A program made the translations under genes and the position numbers. 64,000 nt of DNA, taken from assembly GCA_007121385.1 (NCBI GenBank), contig SKLV01000081.1, forward strand, positions 11,539-75,538, in the 5' to 3' direction. The stretch is from Bdellovibrionales bacterium (GTDB lineage: Bacteria; Bdellovibrionota; Bdellovibrionia; Bdellovibrionales; UBA1609). This document shows positions 44,230-53,049 of the stretch, one piece after another. The notes beneath the pieces are model-generated. The model had not been told where the DNA came from, ran no database searches, and saw only the letters and a list, made by a program, of their open reading frames with translations. Positions within the stretch are counted from its first letter, which is position 1; each line of letters opens with the position of its first letter.

Positions 44230-45732
44230 GTGAAGATACTAGTCCTACAAATGGCCAGACTCGGTGATATCTATTTAAGTTGGCCCACACTCAGAGCCTT
44301 AAAAAGAAATTTTCCTCAAGCCCAGGTCCATGTTTTAGTCAGGCCTCGGTTTGCCGGGGCCCTAGAGGGATTAGAAGTTGTTAGTCATGTGTGGACCTTT
44401 CCCTCACAACAGCTGGCTGAAAAGCTTTTGGCAGAAGGTGGCGGTCTGGATGAGGCTAAGATGCAGCTGCGCTCATTTATCAATCAGCTCAGAGGCCAGA
44501 ACTTTCATCAAGTGATTAATCTTTCCTTTTCCCCCCTCTCGAGTTTTCTCACACACAGTTTAGAGAGTGAGGGTGTTAACGTGAGGGGTTACACCCGGCA
44601 TGAGGATGGTTTTCTCCACCTGCCCGACGATGCGAGTAGCTACTTTTACGCTCAAGTCGGAGTGGGGAAGATCAATCGTCTTCATCTTCGTGAGCTACTC
44701 GCAGAGGTGGCCGGTGTTCAGCTTAAGGCTGAGGATATGAGGGCGCCCCCTGAGTTGATTCAACCGCAGACGGTTTTGAGGGCTGTGGAGGAGACTCCCA
44801 TGCCGCCCCAGGATCCCTATGTGATTGTCCAGATGGGAGCGAGTCAAAGTGAGAAGCAATACCCTCAAGCGGCTTGGCTTAAGGTCTTAAGTAACCTCGA
44901 GCAGAGGTGGGATGGTCAGATTCTCTTGGTGGGAACTGCTGAAGAATCTTTGGGGGCGGCCTTGGTGAGTCAGGGACTTGAGAGGGTTCACAACTGGTGT
45001 GGACGAAGCTCGCTCGCTCAGCTCATTTCCCTTGTTCAGGGGGCCGATCTTGTTTTAGGGGGTGATAGTCTTTTGATGCATATAGCCTCCCTCACTGAGA
45101 CGCGATGTCTCAACTTGTCTTCTGGACAAGTGGTCAACTTTTGGGAGACTGGACCATTGACTCTGGGAAGTCGAATTTTGTTAGACAGAGAGTTGAGTGA
45201 CATTGAGCCTGGGCGTGTGGTGGATGAGACCTTGGCCTTGCTTCAAGGAGAACCACCTCAAGGACTGGTCATGGAGAGAGTCTCCACTTCAGAGGGATTG
45301 ACTTATCGGCCATCTCAAGGGGAGGAGCTCGGCCCCGATTTTACTTGGTCACTGGTCCAGGCGATTTATCTGGGTCAGAGTTGGCCTATTTTGGAGGATC
45401 ATCGATTATTTATAATGCTTCAGCGTCTCAATGAACTCTGTGACTTGGCTCTTAGTCAATTGGAGCAGGTGGCAAAACAGAGCGGACCCAGCCTGTCCTC
45501 AGATTTGCTCACCCGGATTGAGGAGATGATTTCCCAGATGGCTCTGATAGATTCCCGTATTCAACCTCTTGTCGCTTGGGTTCAGACTGAGCAAGTCCGT
45601 CTTGGACCAGGCTCTCTGAATCAAGTTGTTGAGGGAAGTCGGAAAATTTATCGTAATCTCAAACTTGTTCTCTCCAAGTATGTCCCAGATACATCCTCAT
45701 TTGAGAAGTCTCCATCCCCTTATGCAGAGTAA
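44230..45732 (+). CDS. Glycosyltransferase family 9 (heptosyltransferase-like) with ~170-aa helical C-terminal extension
   Basis: VKILVLQMARLGDIYLSWPTLRALKRNFPQAQVHVLVRP and LVLGGDSLLMHIASL match GT9 heptosyltransferase signatures. GTG 44230 has an AAGGAG SD; the ORF-track start is 44200. Confidence 0.75.
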   Translation: MKILVLQMARLGDIYLSWPTLRALKRNFPQAQVHVLVRPRFAGALEGLEVVSHVWTFPSQQLAEKLLAEGGGLDEAKMQLRSFINQLRGQNFHQVINLSFSPLSSFLTHSLESEGVNVRGYTRHEDGFLHLPDDASSYFYAQVGVGKINRLHLRELLAEVAGVQLKAEDMRAPPELIQPQTVLRAVEETPMPPQDPYVIVQMGASQSEKQYPQAAWLKVLSNLEQRWDGQILLVGTAEESLGAALVSQGLERVHNWCGRSSLAQLISLVQGADLVLGGDSLLMHIASLTETRCLNLSSGQVVNFWETGPLTLGSRILLDRELSDIEPGRVVDETLALLQGEPPQGLVMERVSTSEGLTYRPSQGEELGPDFTWSLVQAIYLGQSWPILEDHRLFIMLQRLNELCDLALSQLEQVAKQSGPSLSSDLLTRIEEMISQMALIDSRIQPLVAWVQTEQVRLGPGSLNQVVEGSRKIYRNLKLVLSKYVPDTSSFEKSPSPYAE

Positions 45733-47764
45733 ACCTTATCTGCTTTATATTGGGGGCTCTTCGTCTTATCTGGTGCCCCAGATTGAAAAACTAAGTCAAT
45801 TATTGATTGCGGATCAAGCTAGGACTATTGAGGAGGTCAGGGAGGCCACGGAGAATCAGTTTTACCCATTGATTGTTTATGAAGCTTCTCCATCTGAAGA
45901 CCCCCATCTTCGATCCTATGTTCAAGAACTCCGCAAAGACTTTCCTCTCACTCTTTTTTTAGTTTCGTTGCAGAAGCATGACCATGAGGCCGTGAAGCAG
46001 ATTGTTCATGAGCTGCGACCCTGGAGAGTGATTTTAGATAACATTTCGGTGACGGATTTGAAGAGTTGTTTGAGTGCGGCCTTTGGTCATTATCAGCAGG
46101 CGTTGAGCCGTCGGTCGGTTTTGGAGAGGGTTAAGCTTCAAAATAAAAGACTGGAGGAGATGACTCACAATCTAGAAGGTCTTATTCGAGATCGCACTGA
46201 AGACCTCAGTCGTTCTAAAATTGAAATTGAAAAGAATATCAGCATGATGTCTCGATTAATTCGTTTTGTTCAGGATATCAATGGTTTGATGTCACCAGAG
46301 GAGCTTCTCCTCATTCTGCGCAATGAGGCGCGCATTTTTCATAAGGTGACCGAGATTATACTAGCGATTTCTAGAAGAGGGGAAAATGGATTGAGTACCA
46401 CGCGCTTGATCTATGATCGGGGTCAGGGCATTCACAGTCGCAAGGTGAAGGCTTTTGGGGAGGACAGTGAGCGCTTGGTGATAGATTCAAAAGAAAATAG
46501 TATTTTTTTGGCCAATGAGTTTGGGAGGCCCTTTTCAAAGGTGATGGCTGTTTCCCTTGGACTGGTGGGTGAGAAAAATTCGGCGAAGCTCTTTTTCGAA
46601 CACGCCTTTGACTCCAAGGAGGGAGAAGACTTTATTGAATTTATGGGGCAGCGAGTACAGACTCTCAGTCTGGCCTTGGAGAGAAGTCTATTGGAAGAAG
46701 AGTATCGGGAGGAGAGCTTATTGTGGGAGCACACCTTTGATGGAATTGAGGATCCCATAGCTATTGTGACTCGAGATTGGGAAGTTTTGCGAGCCAATCG
46801 CCATTTCTTTTCGGAGTTGGGTAAGGGGCAGTCTTGTTTTAAACTCTTTGCTTATCGAGATCAGCCTTGCTTGAATTGTCCACTGAGTTTAGAAGCTCCT
46901 CGCAGGGAGTCGACACAGTCAGTGATTCAGAGGGGAGAATCCCTTTTTGAGGCCTACTCGGACCCTATCTCTTCAGGGGCTAGTGGAGAGCCCTTCGCTT
47001 TTGTACATCACTATGTGGATGTGAGTCATGAGCAGAGGCTTCAGAGCCAGATGATTCAAAATGAAAAAATGGTGGCCATTGGCCATCTCGCGGGGCATAT
47101 CGCTCATGAGCTGAATAATCCCCTTACAGGGATTCGCTCTCTCGCTCAACTTTTGGTGCAGGAGACTGAGGGTCAAGCAAGGCTGCGAGCTGATTTAGAG
47201 GAGGTTGAGAGGGCGGCAGCTCGGTCGCAAAAGATTATTAATAACCTGCTGACCTTTGCCCGGAAAAAGGGAGTTAACTCCAGAGAGCTCTTTGATGTGA
47301 ATGAGGTCATTCGGGACACTTTGACCTTTCTAAAAACAGCTATGACACCCTATCTCTGTCACTTGGACCTGAGTGAATCACCTTTGTGCATTCAGGGGGA
47401 CAGTCAGTTGTTACAGCAAGTCGTTTTTAATTTGGTGAATAACGCTTGTCAGGCCATGGAGGGGAAGGGTGAGATCCATATTCGCAGTCATAAAATGCAG
47501 AGAGGGGAAAAGGGGTACTCGGTTGAAATTGAGATTGAAGATCAAGGACCCGGGATCCCGGCTGAGTTCTTACCGAATATTTTTGAACCTTTTTTCACCA
47601 CCAAGGGAAAAGGGCAAGGAACGGGTTTGGGCTTGAGTTTGAGTCGGGATATCATTAGGGCCATGGAGGGAGAGATTGAGGTGGAAAGTGAGTTAGGAGG
47701 GGGAACAAAGTTTTGTATTCGCTTGCCATTGAGGGAGGCTCATGAAAATACTCATTGTGGATGA
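45722..47764 (+). CDS. Sensor histidine kinase with N-terminal pseudo-receiver, coiled coil and PAS-like region
   Basis: H-box HELNNPLTGI, N-box NLVNNACQAM, G1 IEDQGPGI and G2 GTGLGLSLS. The N-terminal receiver-like fold lacks the acidic pocket. Start is uncertain (ATG 45722 overlaps the GT9 stop). Confidence 0.85.
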   Translation: MQSKPYLLYIGGSSSYLVPQIEKLSQLLIADQARTIEEVREATENQFYPLIVYEASPSEDPHLRSYVQELRKDFPLTLFLVSLQKHDHEAVKQIVHELRPWRVILDNISVTDLKSCLSAAFGHYQQALSRRSVLERVKLQNKRLEEMTHNLEGLIRDRTEDLSRSKIEIEKNISMMSRLIRFVQDINGLMSPEELLLILRNEARIFHKVTEIILAISRRGENGLSTTRLIYDRGQGIHSRKVKAFGEDSERLVIDSKENSIFLANEFGRPFSKVMAVSLGLVGEKNSAKLFFEHAFDSKEGEDFIEFMGQRVQTLSLALERSLLEEEYREESLLWEHTFDGIEDPIAIVTRDWEVLRANRHFFSELGKGQSCFKLFAYRDQPCLNCPLSLEAPRRESTQSVIQRGESLFEAYSDPISSGASGEPFAFVHHYVDVSHEQRLQSQMIQNEKMVAIGHLAGHIAHELNNPLTGIRSLAQLLVQETEGQARLRADLEEVERAAARSQKIINNLLTFARKKGVNSRELFDVNEVIRDTLTFLKTAMTPYLCHLDLSESPLCIQGDSQLLQQVVFNLVNNACQAMEGKGEIHIRSHKMQRGEKGYSVEIEIEDQGPGIPAEFLPNIFEPFFTTKGKGQGTGLGLSLSRDIIRAMEGEIEVESELGGGTKFCIRLPLREAHENTHCG

Positions 47765-48101
47765 CGAGGGGATTGTTCGTCGATCTTTGAGGAGGGCGGC
47801 AGAGACCCGGGGCCATAGGGCCACAGAGGCCGATGGCGGTCTTCAGGGCTTGGAGTTGTGGCGCAGCGAGCCTCCAGACTTGGTATTTTTAGATGTTCTG
47901 ATGCCGGACCTCAGCGGCCCCGAAGTTTTAAAGCAGATTGGGGAGGGCCGGGGCAAAAGCAAGGTCATTTTAATGTCGGCTTATGCCGGTGAATATGACT
48001 CGAAAGCAGTTCAGTCCCTAGGAGCGGATTTGTTTTTATCCAAGCCCTTTGGGGATATTTTTGAGGTGATTGAAGCCGCGGAGAGAATGGTTGAGAGATG
48101 A
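47742..48101 (+). CDS. Single-domain CheY-like response regulator
   Basis: MKILIVDDE, DLVFLDVLMPDLSG and LSKPF. 119 aa with no output domain. Confidence 0.9.
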   Translation: MKILIVDDEGIVRRSLRRAAETRGHRATEADGGLQGLELWRSEPPDLVFLDVLMPDLSGPEVLKQIGEGRGKSKVILMSAYAGEYDSKAVQSLGADLFLSKPFGDIFEVIEAAERMVER

Positions 48102-48475
48102 TGAAAGACCAAAAAGTTGCGGTGGTTAAAGTCAAGGCTTACCCTATTGAAGTTCAGTTTCAGGCCCTGCCCCAGGCTCCTTTTCAAGGGGAGATTCTCA
48201 AGCTCACTTTACGGGGTTTTATTGCCGATCTAAAAAAGATGGTTGTGGTGGTCGGGAAAGTTTACGATGTCACATTCACCCTACCAACAAAAAGGCTCCC
48301 TCTCCAGATGAAGGTCAAAGTGATCAAAACCTATGATCAGCTTCGTGGGGAAAAGAGCGGGCCATTGGTGGATCATCTTGGCGAGTTTCACTTTCTTAAA
48401 CCAGGGGAGTTGGAACTCAAGGAGATCAAAGAGTTTCTTGTTAAAATTAAACAAGTGGCGAGAGACTCTCTGTGA
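48098..48475 (+). CDS. Hypothetical small beta-rich protein, possibly a degenerate PilZ-like domain
   Basis: 125 aa translationally coupled to the response regulator (ATGA overlap). GEILKLTLRGF sits where PilZ has DxSxxG, and no RxxxR is present. Confidence 0.3.
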   Translation: MMKDQKVAVVKVKAYPIEVQFQALPQAPFQGEILKLTLRGFIADLKKMVVVVGKVYDVTFTLPTKRLPLQMKVKVIKTYDQLRGEKSGPLVDHLGEFHFLKPGELELKEIKEFLVKIKQVARDSL

Positions 48476-49023
48476 GGATTATTGCCGGTCGCTATGGAGG
48501 TCGAAGGCTCAGTTCTTTTGAGGCTAAACATCTGCGGCCGACGACAGATCGCACCAAGGAGAGTCTTTTTGGCCGTCTCACTCCCCACCTGGAGGGAGCT
48601 CGAGTTTTGGACCTCTTTTCAGGAACTGGGAGCTTGGGATTGGAGGCCTTGTCGCGAGGAGCTGCCTATGTGGATTTTGTCGAGCAGCACCGGAAGTCCT
48701 TAAACATACTAAGAAAAAATATTCGGGCCCTGGATTTGCCAGGGAGTGTTTACCAGGTGCACTCTCAGGATGTCTTCAAATTTTTAAAGAACTATAAAGG
48801 AGAGCCTTACCAGATTATCTTTGCCGATCCTCCCTTTACTGAAAAAATTGCTGATGCTGTGGGACAGGCTGTGGCCAATAGTGTCGTGGGCGGTCCTGGA
48901 AGTCTTTGGGTGATGGAATCCGGGGGTTCTGAACCATTGGCGGAAGGTTATGGCTCTTGGGAGTCCCTCTATCGTAAGAGCTTTGGCGATAAAGTCTTGT
49001 CGTTTTTTATAATTCCAGAGTAG
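48472..49023 (+). CDS. rsmD: 16S rRNA (guanine966-N2)-methyltransferase
   Basis: RIIAGRYGGRRL, PTTDRTKESLF, LDLFSGTGSLGLEALSRGA and IFADPPF. Confidence 0.9.
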   Translation: MRIIAGRYGGRRLSSFEAKHLRPTTDRTKESLFGRLTPHLEGARVLDLFSGTGSLGLEALSRGAAYVDFVEQHRKSLNILRKNIRALDLPGSVYQVHSQDVFKFLKNYKGEPYQIIFADPPFTEKIADAVGQAVANSVVGGPGSLWVMESGGSEPLAEGYGSWESLYRKSFGDKVLSFFIIPE

Positions 49024-49033
49024 TGTGGGGGAC

Positions 49034-49525
49034 ATGTCCAAGCATTGCATCTATCCCGGAAGTTTTGACCCTATCACTATGGGGCATATTGACATTATTC
49101 AGCGGCTGAGTGCTGTTTTTGATCAAATAACGGTTTTAGTAGCCCAAGCTCCTCATAAAAACTATTTATTTAGCTCAGAAGAGCGGCAGAGTTTGGTGGT
49201 GTCCTGTCTCCAGGGAATTAAGAATGTGGATGTGGAAATTCATCAAGGTTTAACCATTGAATATGCCCAAAAGGTCCAAGCTCGGGTGATTGTCAGGGGG
49301 CTTCGGGCTGTGTCTGATTTTGAATATGAACTGGCTATGGCCAATGTGAATTCCAAGTTGGCTCCAGAAATAGAGACGCTGATCGTCTTTACTCGCCCTG
49401 AGTATGGGCATATTTCTTCGCGCATGGTTAAGGAAGTGGCGGAGTTTGGAGGAGAGTTGAAGGACTTAGTGCCTTCTCATGTGGCCGAGGCTCTGAGGAT
49501 GAAGATACACCATCGATCGAAATAG
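49034..49525 (+). CDS. coaD: Phosphopantetheine adenylyltransferase
   Basis: IYPGSFDPITMGHIDII and ISSRMVKEV. The usual rsmD-coaD pairing. Confidence 0.93.
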   Translation: MSKHCIYPGSFDPITMGHIDIIQRLSAVFDQITVLVAQAPHKNYLFSSEERQSLVVSCLQGIKNVDVEIHQGLTIEYAQKVQARVIVRGLRAVSDFEYELAMANVNSKLAPEIETLIVFTRPEYGHISSRMVKEVAEFGGELKDLVPSHVAEALRMKIHHRSK

Positions 49526-49535
49526 AGGAGATTTT

Positions 49536-50708
49536 ATGTCACTGCTTTCAAAAAGAGTTCAAGCCCTCAAGCCCTCGCCCACTCTGGCGCTAGCGGCTCA
49601 GGCCAAAGCCCTTAAGGACACTGGGGTGGATGTTATTTCCCTTTCGGTGGGGGAGCCGGATTGGGATACCTTTGAAGAGATCAAAGAGGCGGGCATCCAG
49701 GCGATTCGTGAGGGACAGACCAAGTACACTCCGGCCAACGGCCTGCCTCAGCTCCGGCAGGCTGTGGCAAAAGAGTTTTTCTCTGATTTTGGCGTGGAGT
49801 ATGGAGCTCATGAAGTCACGGTAGCCAGTGGCGCTAAGTTTGTGATTTTTAGTGCCCTACAGGCCTTGATCGATCCAGGAGACGAGGTGATTATTCCTGC
49901 TCCCTACTGGGTGAGTTATCCCACTATGGTGGAGCTCGCGGGAGGGCGCTCCGTGATCATCCCCTGTGGGATGGAGCAAGGATTTAAACTGTCCCCGAGA
50001 GATTTGGAGTCTCACATTGGTCCAAAAACCAAGATGGTTATCCTCAACTCCCCCAGCAACCCCACAGGGGGAATGTATAGTGAAGAAGAGCTGAAGGCTC
50101 TTGCAGTGACTCTCAAAAAGCATCCCCATGTGGTGGTGTTGAGTGACGATATTTACAATCGTTTGGTGTTCAACACTAGGGGTTTGGCTCCGCATATTCT
50201 CGAGGTGGCTCCGGAGCTCAAGGAGCGTTGCGTGTCGGTCAACGGAGTTTCAAAAACCTACTCTATGACCGGGTGGAGAATTGGTTGGGCGCTGGGGCCC
50301 AGTCCGGTGATTGAAGCCATGAATAACTATCAAAGTCAGTCAACCAGTTGTGCTGCGGCTTTTTCTCAAGTGGCTTCTGTGGCGGCTTTAGCCCAATCTC
50401 AGGGCTCCTTGCAAAAAGCTTTGGAGCAGTTGAAGCAGCGTCGCGACTTTGCTGTAAATGAACTGGAGAAGGTATCTGAACTAAAAGTTTTTCCTCCCGA
50501 TGGGGCCTTTTATCTTTGGGTGGCTCTACCCGGTGGGGACTCCAAGAAATTTGCCCAAGAGCTGTTGCAGTCCGAGAGTGTCGCATTAGTTCCTGGAGTG
50601 GAATTTGGCCTAGAGGGCTTTGTGCGGATCAGCTATGCTTTGCAGTCGGAGCGGATGAAAGAGGCTGTTCGGCGAATTCAGCGCTTTGTAGATAAATATA
50701 ACTTTTAA
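49536..50708 (+). CDS. Class I PLP-dependent aminotransferase (aspartate aminotransferase-like)
   Basis: NSPSNPTG, SKTYSMTGWRIGW and RISY. Confidence 0.88.
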   Translation: MSLLSKRVQALKPSPTLALAAQAKALKDTGVDVISLSVGEPDWDTFEEIKEAGIQAIREGQTKYTPANGLPQLRQAVAKEFFSDFGVEYGAHEVTVASGAKFVIFSALQALIDPGDEVIIPAPYWVSYPTMVELAGGRSVIIPCGMEQGFKLSPRDLESHIGPKTKMVILNSPSNPTGGMYSEEELKALAVTLKKHPHVVVLSDDIYNRLVFNTRGLAPHILEVAPELKERCVSVNGVSKTYSMTGWRIGWALGPSPVIEAMNNYQSQSTSCAAAFSQVASVAALAQSQGSLQKALEQLKQRRDFAVNELEKVSELKVFPPDGAFYLWVALPGGDSKKFAQELLQSESVALVPGVEFGLEGFVRISYALQSERMKEAVRRIQRFVDKYNF

Positions 50709-50719
50709 AGGAGAGAACA

Positions 50720-51280
50720 ATGAAGGGGAGATGGCTGGCTAGCTTTGCTCTTGGGGGGTTTTTTCTGTTGGTGGGGACTTCAGCGGAAGCTCAGGCTCAG
50801 GCCTATGTGGGTGGACTGGGGGGGGGCTCGGTGCCAAGAGCTGAGGCCAGCAGTAACAGGCCGATTTATGGCTTGCTGGCCGGAGCCCGCTTGCACCATG
50901 AGTGGGGAGTGGGAGCTTTTTTTAAAAGTTCCAATAAAAGAGAGAGTGTTGAAGGGGTGGACAGAAAATTTGCCTATGACATGTATGGGTTTGAGGGCAG
51001 TTTTCATTTTGACAATGTGGCCGATGGGGCTTTTGTGGGTGCTCGCTTGGGTTTTGCCGAGGTCTCTAGGGAGTTGGCGGCAGGACAACTTCGATTAACC
51101 CCCTTGGTTTGGGGAGTCTTTTTTGGCTACGACCATTTTTTAAAGGAGTTTTTTTCCTTAGGGGCCGAGGGAGGCTTTATGGTCATGGGAGCTGAAAAAG
51201 GCAGTTTGGCCGGAGTGACCATAGAGGAGAAGCGGTGGGCCATGCTCAACTTCAACTTGTCTGTAAAGTTCTGGTTTTAG
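50720..51280 (+). CDS. Small outer-membrane beta-barrel protein
   Basis: Signal peptide ending AEAQA, alternating beta pattern, and a C-terminal aromatic residue (KFWF). Confidence 0.65.
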   Translation: MKGRWLASFALGGFFLLVGTSAEAQAQAYVGGLGGGSVPRAEASSNRPIYGLLAGARLHHEWGVGAFFKSSNKRESVEGVDRKFAYDMYGFEGSFHFDNVADGAFVGARLGFAEVSRELAAGQLRLTPLVWGVFFGYDHFLKEFFSLGAEGGFMVMGAEKGSLAGVTIEEKRWAMLNFNLSVKFWF

Positions 51281-51385
51281 AAACTCGACCTGGCCGTTGG
51301 TCGCATTGCGCCATAAGGTGTCAAAGTTTACACTAAAAGTGGAGATGGAGGACAAGAGCTTAAAGCCTCCATCCGGGGGGGGGCT

Positions 51386-52270
51386 TTGAGTCAGTGGGTT
51401 TTGTTGCAGATTTTTTTCAATCTTATATTGTTGGCCAGTTTTTTGGTGCTCTGGGTTCGCCTTAAAAGGCCGCCTCAGGACGACCCTCGGCTGAGTCGGG
51501 GGCTTCAAATTCTTCAGAGTAAGATTTCCATTCTTGAGGATCTTTCAGATCGCACTGAAAGGCAGGTCGCACAGTTGACCGAGCTCTTGGAGACCAAAGC
51601 TCGGCACTTGAATAACAAGCTGATTGAGGCCGATCAAAAGATTCAAAAAGTCGACCAGTCCATGTATCGGAGCTTGGAAGTGGCCGAGATTTTTCAGGAT
51701 AAAATCCCCCATGGGGAAATCATAGAACGGCAGAACACAATCAAGTACATCAAGGCCGCCTTGATGGCCCATCGGGGCTTGGGTGTTGAAGCGATTCTGG
51801 AGCAAGTCGACCTACCTAGAGACCAGGTGGAGTTCATTGCCAAGGTCAACAGAGATCAACTGATGTTTGACCAAGATCAACTGCCTATCTGGGCTCAACA
51901 TGAACTGGAAAAAGAGGTGGAATCTTCGGGCAACGAAGAAGCACAGGAGTTGGATCAAGCGGCCAGTGATTTTGTGGATCACAGCTTGTTTTCGGAAGGG
52001 ATTAAGGGAGAGCCGGACTTTATCGAGAGCCCAGAGGAAGAGGACATGGTTTTGGATCTTGATTTGGGCGAAAGATCAGCTTTGGATAGAGATCCACAGA
52101 GCCTTGACTCCCTAAAAAAACTGGGTGAGGAGTTTCGCGCAGCTCAAAAGGCTCCTGCAGGGCCGTCTTCAGCCGTCCATGAGGCTCGGCCAGTTCAGTT
52201 TTCTCTGAGCCCTCAGCGGGAGGAGCAGGGGATACGTCCAGTGCAATTCAGACGTATAGATGCAGAGTGA
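51386..52270 (+). CDS. Membrane-anchored coiled-coil hypothetical protein with acidic C-terminal half
   Basis: TTG start, N-terminal TM helix (LLQIFFNLILLASFLVLWV), then a coiled coil. No firm motif. Confidence 0.5.
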   Translation: MSQWVLLQIFFNLILLASFLVLWVRLKRPPQDDPRLSRGLQILQSKISILEDLSDRTERQVAQLTELLETKARHLNNKLIEADQKIQKVDQSMYRSLEVAEIFQDKIPHGEIIERQNTIKYIKAALMAHRGLGVEAILEQVDLPRDQVEFIAKVNRDQLMFDQDQLPIWAQHELEKEVESSGNEEAQELDQAASDFVDHSLFSEGIKGEPDFIESPEEEDMVLDLDLGERSALDRDPQSLDSLKKLGEEFRAAQKAPAGPSSAVHEARPVQFSLSPQREEQGIRPVQFRRIDAE

Positions 52271-52497
52271 AATTCACCTTACAGCAGTTGCGCTTGGGGC
52301 AGGTTGTTGAAGCTCGGGTGGTGGAGGTGTTGGGCTCTGGAGCCTTTATTGTCAGCTTCTCTGGAGATTTAATTCGGGTGGCCAATCACACCGGACGGCC
52401 CTTTCAAGGGGGGGAGTCCATTCAGCTCAAGGTGACTGGTTTACGCCCCCTGAGCTTCTCCTACTTGGCGCTTTCGCGCACAAAGCGAGTTATATAA
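52267..52497 (+). CDS. Small hypothetical protein (76 aa, beta-rich, OB/S1-like impression)
   Basis: GTGA overlap with the upstream gene suggests translational coupling. No motif recognised. Confidence 0.4.
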   Translation: MKFTLQQLRLGQVVEARVVEVLGSGAFIVSFSGDLIRVANHTGRPFQGGESIQLKVTGLRPLSFSYLALSRTKRVI

Positions 52498-52991
52498 TAG
52501 CGAACTAAATAATTGATGTTCACGGGATGATCGCGATAGGTCCACTTTAATTCTCCAAAGGCTCCCCAGCGAGCTTTGAGAAGCTCTTCACTGCTCTGAG
52601 GGCCAGAAGTGGATATTTTGTTGGGTTCCTCCTCGTCTTCATCGCGAATGGGGCCGGGGATAAAGTGAGAGGTCATGGTGTGGAGGCCGATGGCCACCAG
52701 GCCTGGCTGACGCAGAGAAAAAATCAATTTGTAGCCATTTCGAAACAGCATAAAATCCGCCTGAGTGCGAGAGATTCCGTAGATCTTGATTTGACCTAAG
52801 TTAGATCCCTTCATCTGATTAAAGGCGGCAGCACTCTCTACGAAAGCGGCCTTGAGGTCACTTAAAAAATCCAAACTCTGGCTTTGCAGAAGTTGCTCTG
52901 GATCGAAACCGGCCTTCATATCCACAAGGCCGGACTCTTCCATTTGCTGTTCTGACAAAACCAAATCTCGAATCCATTCAAGTTTGTCCAT
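52461..52991 (-). CDS. Hypothetical protein
   Basis: 176-aa ORF downstream of ssb on the same strand. No motif recognised. Confidence 0.5.
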   Translation of the reverse strand: MDKLEWIRDLVLSEQQMEESGLVDMKAGFDPEQLLQSQSLDFLSDLKAAFVESAAAFNQMKGSNLGQIKIYGISRTQADFMLFRNGYKLIFSLRQPGLVAIGLHTMTSHFIPGPIRDEDEEEPNKISTSGPQSSEELLKARWGAFGELKWTYRDHPVNINYLVRYYITRFVRESAK

Positions 52992-53049
52992 AGCCCCTCC
53001 CTAAAAACGGCGCACCTCATCATGATCCTTTACGCTCAATGAGCAAAAG

